Shown here one piece after another: positions 58,767 through 64,000 of a stretch of 64,000 bases of DNA (position 1 is the first letter of the stretch; every line of letters begins with the position of its first letter). The translations under genes and the position numbers were made by a program. The notes below the pieces were generated by a model. That model made no database searches. It was given only the letters and a program-made list of their open reading frames with translations, and was not told the DNA's origin. The stretch covers positions 864,001 to 928,000 of the forward strand of contig OZ241322.1 in the NCBI GenBank assembly GCA_965199715.1, written 5' to 3'. The DNA comes from Vicinamibacteria bacterium (lineage in GTDB: Bacteria > Acidobacteriota > Vicinamibacteria > Marinacidobacterales > Marinacidobacteraceae).

Positions 58767-61745
58767 TCAACGGTCGGCTACGCCGGCGGCCGCCATCCGC
58801 TCGAGGAGCGCGTCGAGCTGCGCCCGCAGCTCCCGGTAGCGGTTCCGGGCGTCCGCGCCCGGCGGCTGGTCGGCGGCGTCGAGGTTGCCGGCGAGATACG
58901 CGATCTGGTCGCGCAACATCGGCTGCGAGTAGCGCATCGGGCGGGTCACGAGCTCCTCGTGGAGCGCCCGGACCTCGTCGCCGCCGTCGTCGAGCGCCGC
59001 GTCGAGTCGCGCCGACGCCAGGTTCGCCTCGCTGAGCGCGTCGCGGGCGAGGAGCGCGAGCTCCACCTGGTCGCGGACCTGCTCGGCGGTCACCCAGCCC
59101 TCGCGCACGACGCGGGGATCCATCCGCAGGCGGAAGTCGCGGGTCGCCGCGTAGTCGCCGGCCACGAGTTCGACCGTGTAGCGGCCCGGCGCGGCGAGGA
59201 CGCCCCGTCCGGTCGGCGCGCCGCCGCCGTTCCGGGCGCCGTCGTGGCGCATGTCCCACGGGAAGCGGTGGGTTCCGGCGGTCGTCGGAACCGTGGGCGC
59301 GCCCCGGGCGAACCGCCCCGGCGCGCGCATGGCCTGCTCGGTCCCGGCGGTGGTTCCCGGCCCTCCGCTCTCGAAGCGGCGGACGACCTCGCCGCTCTCG
59401 TCGCGCACCGTGATCGAGGCCGAGTCCACGTCCCCGGCGAGCCGGAAGGTGAACCGGGGGCCGGGCGTCGGGTATTCGGGGTCGGACGGCGCGGCCCGTC
59501 CGCCGAAGCCGCCCGACGTCCGGCGCCGCACCGCGTCGCGCACGCCGAAGAAGTGCGTCCCGGACGCGGCCTCATGCAGCGGGGTCACGTCGTCGAGGAT
59601 CCAGAACCCGCGCCCCATCGTGGAGAGCACGAGGTCGTCCCGGACGACCTTGACGTCGCTGACGGGGGTCACCGGGAGGTTCTGCTGGAAGGAGGTCCAG
59701 CTCGCGCCGTCGTCGAGCGAGACGTACATGCCCCACTCGCCGCCGAGGTAGAGGAGACCCTCGCGCCCCGGATCCTCGCGGATCACGCGCACCGGGAAGT
59801 TCTCCGGGAGGCCGTCCCGGATCCGGGTCCACGACTCGCCGTAGTCGGTCGTCCGGTAGGCGTGGGGCGTGAAGTCGCCCAACTGGTAGCGGAGGATCGC
59901 CGCGTAGGCCTTCGCCGGGTCGTGCGGCGAGACCTCGATGTTCTGGACCCGGCCGTAGGGGCCGATCCCGGACGGGGTGACCTCCTTCCACGTCTGGCCG
60001 CCGTCCTTCGAGATGTGGATCGGGCCGTCGTTCGCGCCCGCCCAGAGCACGCCCTCCTCGTGCGGCGACTCCTGCACGTCGTAGAGCGCGGCGAAGTGCT
60101 CCTCGCCGGTCACGTCGAGGGTGATCGGGTCGCCGGAGACGACCTGGGTCTCCTCGGTGAACGCGGTCAGGTCGGGGGAGATCGTCCGCCACGTCCGGCC
60201 CCCGTTCTCGGTGACGTGCACGAACTGCGAGCCGTGATAGACGCGGTTCGGGTCGTGCGGCGAGACGTGGATCGGCACGGTGCGCTGGAACCGGAACTGG
60301 AGGTCCCTCGGGTTGTGCCCGTAGATGTTCCAGAAGCCGACGTAGTACTGCTCCTCCTGACCGGTGCGGGCGTTGTAGAGGCCGAAGCGCCCCTTGCAAT
60401 TCGCGTACACCACGTCGGGGTCGCCGGGCTTCGGGACCACCGGGCCGGTCTCGCAGCCGCCGATGGCCTCCCAGTGGGCGGTGGGGCCGCCGGGGCGGTA
60501 GTGCGACGGCAAGCTCGGCACCGAGATCGTGGAGTTGTCCTGCTGGCCGGCGTAGAGCCGGTAGGGGAAGTCGTCGCTCACGTCCACCTGGTAGAGCTCG
60601 GCGGTGGCCTGGTTCTCCTGCGTGGACCACGTCTCCCCGCCGTCGAGGGTCACGTTGGCGCCGCCGTCGTTCGCCTGGATCTGGATATCGGGCTCGTCCG
60701 GGTTGATCCACAGGTCGTGGTTGTCGCCGTGCGGGGTGAACTTGCGCTCCCAGGTCTCGCCGCCGTCGGTGGACTTGAAGTAGCCCTCGGCCATGCCCCA
60801 GAGCGTGTCCGGGTCGGTCGGGTGGGCGTGGAGGTTCGTGTAGTAGAAGGGGCGGTTGCGGATCGGCTGGAAGTCGCTGACCTGCCGCCACGAATCGCCC
60901 TCGTCGTCGGAGCGATAGACCCCGCCCTCGGAGCCGGGCGCTTCGATCAGGATGTACACGCGCGACGGATCCGCCGCCGAGACCGCGAGGTCCGACTTGC
61001 CCCGCAGCCCCGTGGGGAGGCCGTTTTCGAGCCGCTCCCAGGCGTCGCCGCCGTCGCGGGAGCGGTGCGCGCCGCCCTCCATGCCGCCGGAGTTGATCGT
61101 CCACGGCTTGCGCTCGGCCTCCCAGCTCGACGCGTAGATCGTGTCGGGATCGCCGGGCTTGAACTCGAGATCGACCGCGCCGGTCTGCTCGGAGATGAAC
61201 ATCACGAGCTCCCAGCTCGCGCCGCCGTCGCGGGTCCGATAGACGCCGCGCTCCGGGTTCGCGGCGAAGGGGTTGCCGATGGCGGCGACCCACGCGGTCT
61301 CGGGGTCGTCCGGGTGGATCAGCACCGCGCCGGAGTTGCCGGTGTTCTCGAGGCCGACGTGGCGCCACGTCTCGCCGGCGTCGTCGGAGCGGTACACGCC
61401 CCTGCCGATGATGACGTTGCTGCGCAGCCCGTCGGAGCCGGTCGAGACGTAGATGACGTCGGGGTCGCTCTCGGCCACGGCGATCGCGCCGATGGACGGA
61501 GTCGCGAAGTACCCGTCGGAGATCGGGCGCCAGTTGTGCCCGTAGTCGGTCGTCTTGAACATGCCGCCGCCGGTCGCGCCCATGTAGAACGTGCCGGGCC
61601 GCGCCGGGTGGCCGGCGACGGCGGTGACGCGCCCGCCGCGGGACGGGCCGACGTACCGGTAGCGCATCGCGTCCAGCAGGTCCGCGTCGGGCTGGGCGCT
61701 CGCGGTTCCGGCGAGGAGCAGGGCGAGGGACAGCAACTTCCGCAT
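58767..61745 (-). CDS. VPS10/BNR-repeat secreted glycosyl hydrolase-like protein
   Basis: GPSRGGRVTAVAG; many S.DGG.TW Asp-boxes; HGDNHDLWI; signal peptide; RBS GGAGA. Confidence 0.9.
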   Translation of the reverse strand: MRKLLSLALLLAGTASAQPDADLLDAMRYRYVGPSRGGRVTAVAGHPARPGTFYMGATGGGMFKTTDYGHNWRPISDGYFATPSIGAIAVAESDPDVIYVSTGSDGLRSNVIIGRGVYRSDDAGETWRHVGLENTGNSGAVLIHPDDPETAWVAAIGNPFAANPERGVYRTRDGGASWELVMFISEQTGAVDLEFKPGDPDTIYASSWEAERKPWTINSGGMEGGAHRSRDGGDAWERLENGLPTGLRGKSDLAVSAADPSRVYILIEAPGSEGGVYRSDDEGDSWRQVSDFQPIRNRPFYYTNLHAHPTDPDTLWGMAEGYFKSTDGGETWERKFTPHGDNHDLWINPDEPDIQIQANDGGANVTLDGGETWSTQENQATAELYQVDVSDDFPYRLYAGQQDNSTISVPSLPSHYRPGGPTAHWEAIGGCETGPVVPKPGDPDVVYANCKGRFGLYNARTGQEEQYYVGFWNIYGHNPRDLQFRFQRTVPIHVSPHDPNRVYHGSQFVHVTENGGRTWRTISPDLTAFTEETQVVSGDPITLDVTGEEHFAALYDVQESPHEEGVLWAGANDGPIHISKDGGQTWKEVTPSGIGPYGRVQNIEVSPHDPAKAYAAILRYQLGDFTPHAYRTTDYGESWTRIRDGLPENFPVRVIREDPGREGLLYLGGEWGMYVSLDDGASWTSFQQNLPVTPVSDVKVVRDDLVLSTMGRGFWILDDVTPLHEAASGTHFFGVRDAVRRRTSGGFGGRAAPSDPEYPTPGPRFTFRLAGDVDSASITVRDESGEVVRRFESGGPGTTAGTEQAMRAPGRFARGAPTVPTTAGTHRFPWDMRHDGARNGGGAPTGRGVLAAPGRYTVELVAGDYAATRDFRLRMDPRVVREGWVTAEQVRDQVELALLARDALSEANLASARLDAALDDGGDEVRALHEELVTRPMRYSQPMLRDQIAYLAGNLDAADQPPGADARNRYRELRAQLDALLERMAAAGVADR

Positions 61746-61787
61746 GACGATTCTCCCGGGCCGCCGGCTGCGGCCGAACGGGGGATC

Positions 61788-62114
61788 TTACCGGGGTCGG
61801 CGCCGCGGAATCCGCCGCCGATCCGGCGGGCGACGGGGCGGTTGCGGCCGCGCTCCGAGCGTTCGCGGGACGAGGACGCGAGGCCGGACGGGACGCCGGA
61901 TCCGCCGCCGCGCGGGGGGCCGGTCGGGCTTCGCGACCCGCGGCGCGACCTCGTAACGGGTCACGCCGAGCCCTCCGACGTCCGCGATCGCGGCCCAGCC
62001 GGGCTCCCAGCCGGTGAGGAAGTCCCACTGGTCCTTGTCCACGTCGGCGATCGTCGTGACCAGCATCGGCTCCTGGGCCGGAGCCGCGAGCAGGAGCAGC
62101 GCGAGGAGCTTCAT
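61788..62114 (-). pseudogene. Probable truncated secreted-protein gene
   Basis: MKLLALLLLAAPAQE signal and about 50 plausible residues, then Arg/Pro-rich off-frame-looking sequence. Confidence 0.4.
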
Positions 62115-62161
62115 GTCCGGTGCGGTGCAAACCCCGTTCCGCTGCGGATAGGCTCTCGCGC

Positions 62162-63154
62162 ATGATCCGGACCGCACGCTTCCTCGCGCCGCTCCTCCTC
62201 CTCGCGGCGCCCCTCGCCTCGGCCCAGTCGGGTTCCGAGAGCCGGCTCGAAGCCGAATGGGCGCGGCTCGAACCGCTGTCCGGGGGCAAGATGGGCCTCG
62301 CGGCGATCCACGTGGAGACCGGCAGGACCGCGTACCTGAACGCCGACGAGGCGTTCCCGATGGCGAGCACCTACAAGGTGCCGATCGCGGTGGAGCTGCT
62401 GCGCCGCGTCGATGAGGGCGAGCTCGCGCTCGACGACATGATCGACCTGGACCTCTCGGACCTCTCGCCGGGCAGCGGCACGCTGAGCCGCCTGTTCGAC
62501 GATCCCGGCGTGTCGCTCTCCATCCTGAACCTGATGGAGCTGATGCTGCTCATCAGCGACAACTCGGCGACCGACCTGTGCCTCAAGGCCGCCGGCGGAG
62601 CCGAGCGGGTGACCGCCCGAATGGGCGAGCTCGGCGTGGAGGGAGTCCACGTGGCCCGCTCGACCGCCGACCTCATCACCGAGTACGTCGGGGCGGAGGG
62701 GCTGCCGCCCCGCGCCGAGCGGACCCGCGCGACCTACGCCCAGCACTACGGCCAGGTGTCCGAGGAGGCTCGCGCGGCGGCGCTCGAGCGCTTCGAGGCC
62801 GACCCGCGCGACACGGCCACGCCCCGGGGCATGGCCGACCTGCTCGTGAAGGTCCACGCCGGCGAGGGGCTGTCGCGGGCCAGCCGCGACCTGCTCATCG
62901 ACGTCATGGAGCGCTGCGAGACCGGCGCCGGGCGGCTCAAGGGCCGGCTTCCCGAGGGGACGGTGGTCGCCCACAAGACCGGGACCATCGGCCGCGCGAC
63001 GAATGACGTGGGGATCGTCTATCTGCCCGGCGCGGCCGGCCATGTGGCGATGGTCGCGTTCGTCAAGGAATCGGACCAGCCGGTTCCCGACCGGGAGCGA
63101 GCCATCGCGGAGGCCGCCCGCGCCGCCTACGACTACTTCCTGTTCGTTCCCTGA
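62162..63154 (+). CDS. Class A beta-lactamase-like serine hydrolase
   Basis: FPMASTYK, SDN, DPRDTATP, HKTGT; signal peptide; atypical omega loop. Confidence 0.88.
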   Translation: MIRTARFLAPLLLLAAPLASAQSGSESRLEAEWARLEPLSGGKMGLAAIHVETGRTAYLNADEAFPMASTYKVPIAVELLRRVDEGELALDDMIDLDLSDLSPGSGTLSRLFDDPGVSLSILNLMELMLLISDNSATDLCLKAAGGAERVTARMGELGVEGVHVARSTADLITEYVGAEGLPPRAERTRATYAQHYGQVSEEARAAALERFEADPRDTATPRGMADLLVKVHAGEGLSRASRDLLIDVMERCETGAGRLKGRLPEGTVVAHKTGTIGRATNDVGIVYLPGAAGHVAMVAFVKESDQPVPDRERAIAEAARAAYDYFLFVP

Positions 63155-63155
63155 C

Positions 63156-63824
63156 CTACTCCGGGCGGAGGCGAGCCTCCAGCTCCCGGAGCCGCTCCTC
63201 GAATTGCGCGAGCCGCGCCTCGAGCGCGTCGCCCCACTCGCCGCCGATGCGCTCGCGCAGGTCGGCGAAGCGCGTCTGGAGCCCGGAGAGATCGATCTTC
63301 TCCATGCTCTCGAGGACGTCGGCGCGCAGTTCTTCCGAGTCGATGTCGAAGTAAATCTCCCGGGCGCCCTCGTGGGAGAACCACGACCCGCCCTCGCGCT
63401 CGTCGAGCGTCGCGGTGAGGCTCATCGGCGACCCCTCGCGCACCAGCGCGATCTCGGCCTCGTCCCCGGCCTCCATGCGCCGGACCGCCCGGCGCAGGTC
63501 GCCGGCGTCCTCGATCTCGTGCTCGCCGACCCGGGTGACCACGTCGCCGACGCGGATTCCGGCCGCTTCGGCCGGGCTCGCCTCGGACACGCTTCCGATC
63601 AGGACGCCGGAGTCGGGGCCGGCCCCGTAGAACTCCTTGAGCTCGTCGGTGAGGTTCATCGCGCGCACGCCGAGGTGGCTGCCCCCGGAGAACGCGACCA
63701 TCACCCTGGGGCGCTCGGTCTCGACGCGCAACCGCATCTCCTCGGCGCGATGGTCCGGCTGCGCCGCGGCCGCGGCCGGCAGGAGCAGGAGCGCGGGCGC
63801 GATCGTCTTCAGGGTCATCGTCAT
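63156..63824 (-). CDS. Secreted single-PDZ-domain protein
   Basis: HLGVRAMNLT.ELK..YG, SPAEAAGIRVGDVV; C-terminal coiled coil; RBS GAGGAG. Confidence 0.85.
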   Translation of the reverse strand: MTMTLKTIAPALLLLPAAAAAQPDHRAEEMRLRVETERPRVMVAFSGGSHLGVRAMNLTDELKEFYGAGPDSGVLIGSVSEASPAEAAGIRVGDVVTRVGEHEIEDAGDLRRAVRRMEAGDEAEIALVREGSPMSLTATLDEREGGSWFSHEGAREIYFDIDSEELRADVLESMEKIDLSGLQTRFADLRERIGGEWGDALEARLAQFEERLRELEARLRPE

Positions 63825-63834
63825 GTCTCCTCGT

Positions 63835-63999
63835 TCAGCGTCGCCGCTGCGAAACCGGGACCACCCGCTCGGGCGGGCGCTCCCAAAGGGACCTCACGTC
63901 CAGAAACAGGTCGAGGTCGTCGTGCGCTCCGAAGGGCACGACCGGTTCGGCGGAAAGCCGGCGCGCCCGGTCGAGCTCCTCGAGGAGGAGCCGGTAGTC
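63835..63999 (-). CDS. C-terminal part of an unknown protein, truncated by the window edge
   Basis: Open frame DYRLLLEELDRARRL...DDLDLFLD...RRR* ending just before the PDZ gene RBS. Confidence 0.6.
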   Translation of the reverse strand, partial: DYRLLLEELDRARRLSAEPVVPFGAHDDLDLFLDVRSLWERPPERVVPVSQRRR

Positions 64000-64000
64000 C

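Overview
Very GC-rich bacterial chromosome segment with about 60 tightly packed genes, mostly core. Its gene families (GWxTD proteins, Oar-like TonB-dependent receptor, DUF4097 pair, VPS10 protein, PIG-L/NEW3 protein, long-form Icd and HflX) suggest Acidobacteriota; a host-associated lifestyle is only inferred. Housekeeping genes: ftcD-nrdR, aspS, a recG-rsmD-coaD-aspC-icd-mdh-sucCD-ndk-dcd-dut run, rsgA/hflX, lpdA-murB-murA-lipB-(E1beta::E2 fusion)-lipA, nadE and boxC-boxB-thiolase (aerobic benzoyl-CoA epoxide pathway, no boxA here). Two convergent tRNAs (fMet, Thr) mark a decaying islet with toxin-antitoxin and ankyrin remnants. The best candidates for an undescribed system are: (1) two GWxTD envelope loci, one with a transglutaminase-TPR lipoprotein, a catalytically dead S41 protease and MltG, the other with a His-motif membrane protein fused to TPRs; (2) an operon of a TIMP/NTR-like protein, a matrixin metalloprotease and an outer-membrane barrel; (3) an E1beta-E2 fusion with a leaderless promoter signature in its linker; (4) a recurrent -10 hexamer 6-7 nt before start codons; (5) several predicted pseudoenzymes. 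All calls come from reading the sequence; no searches were run.
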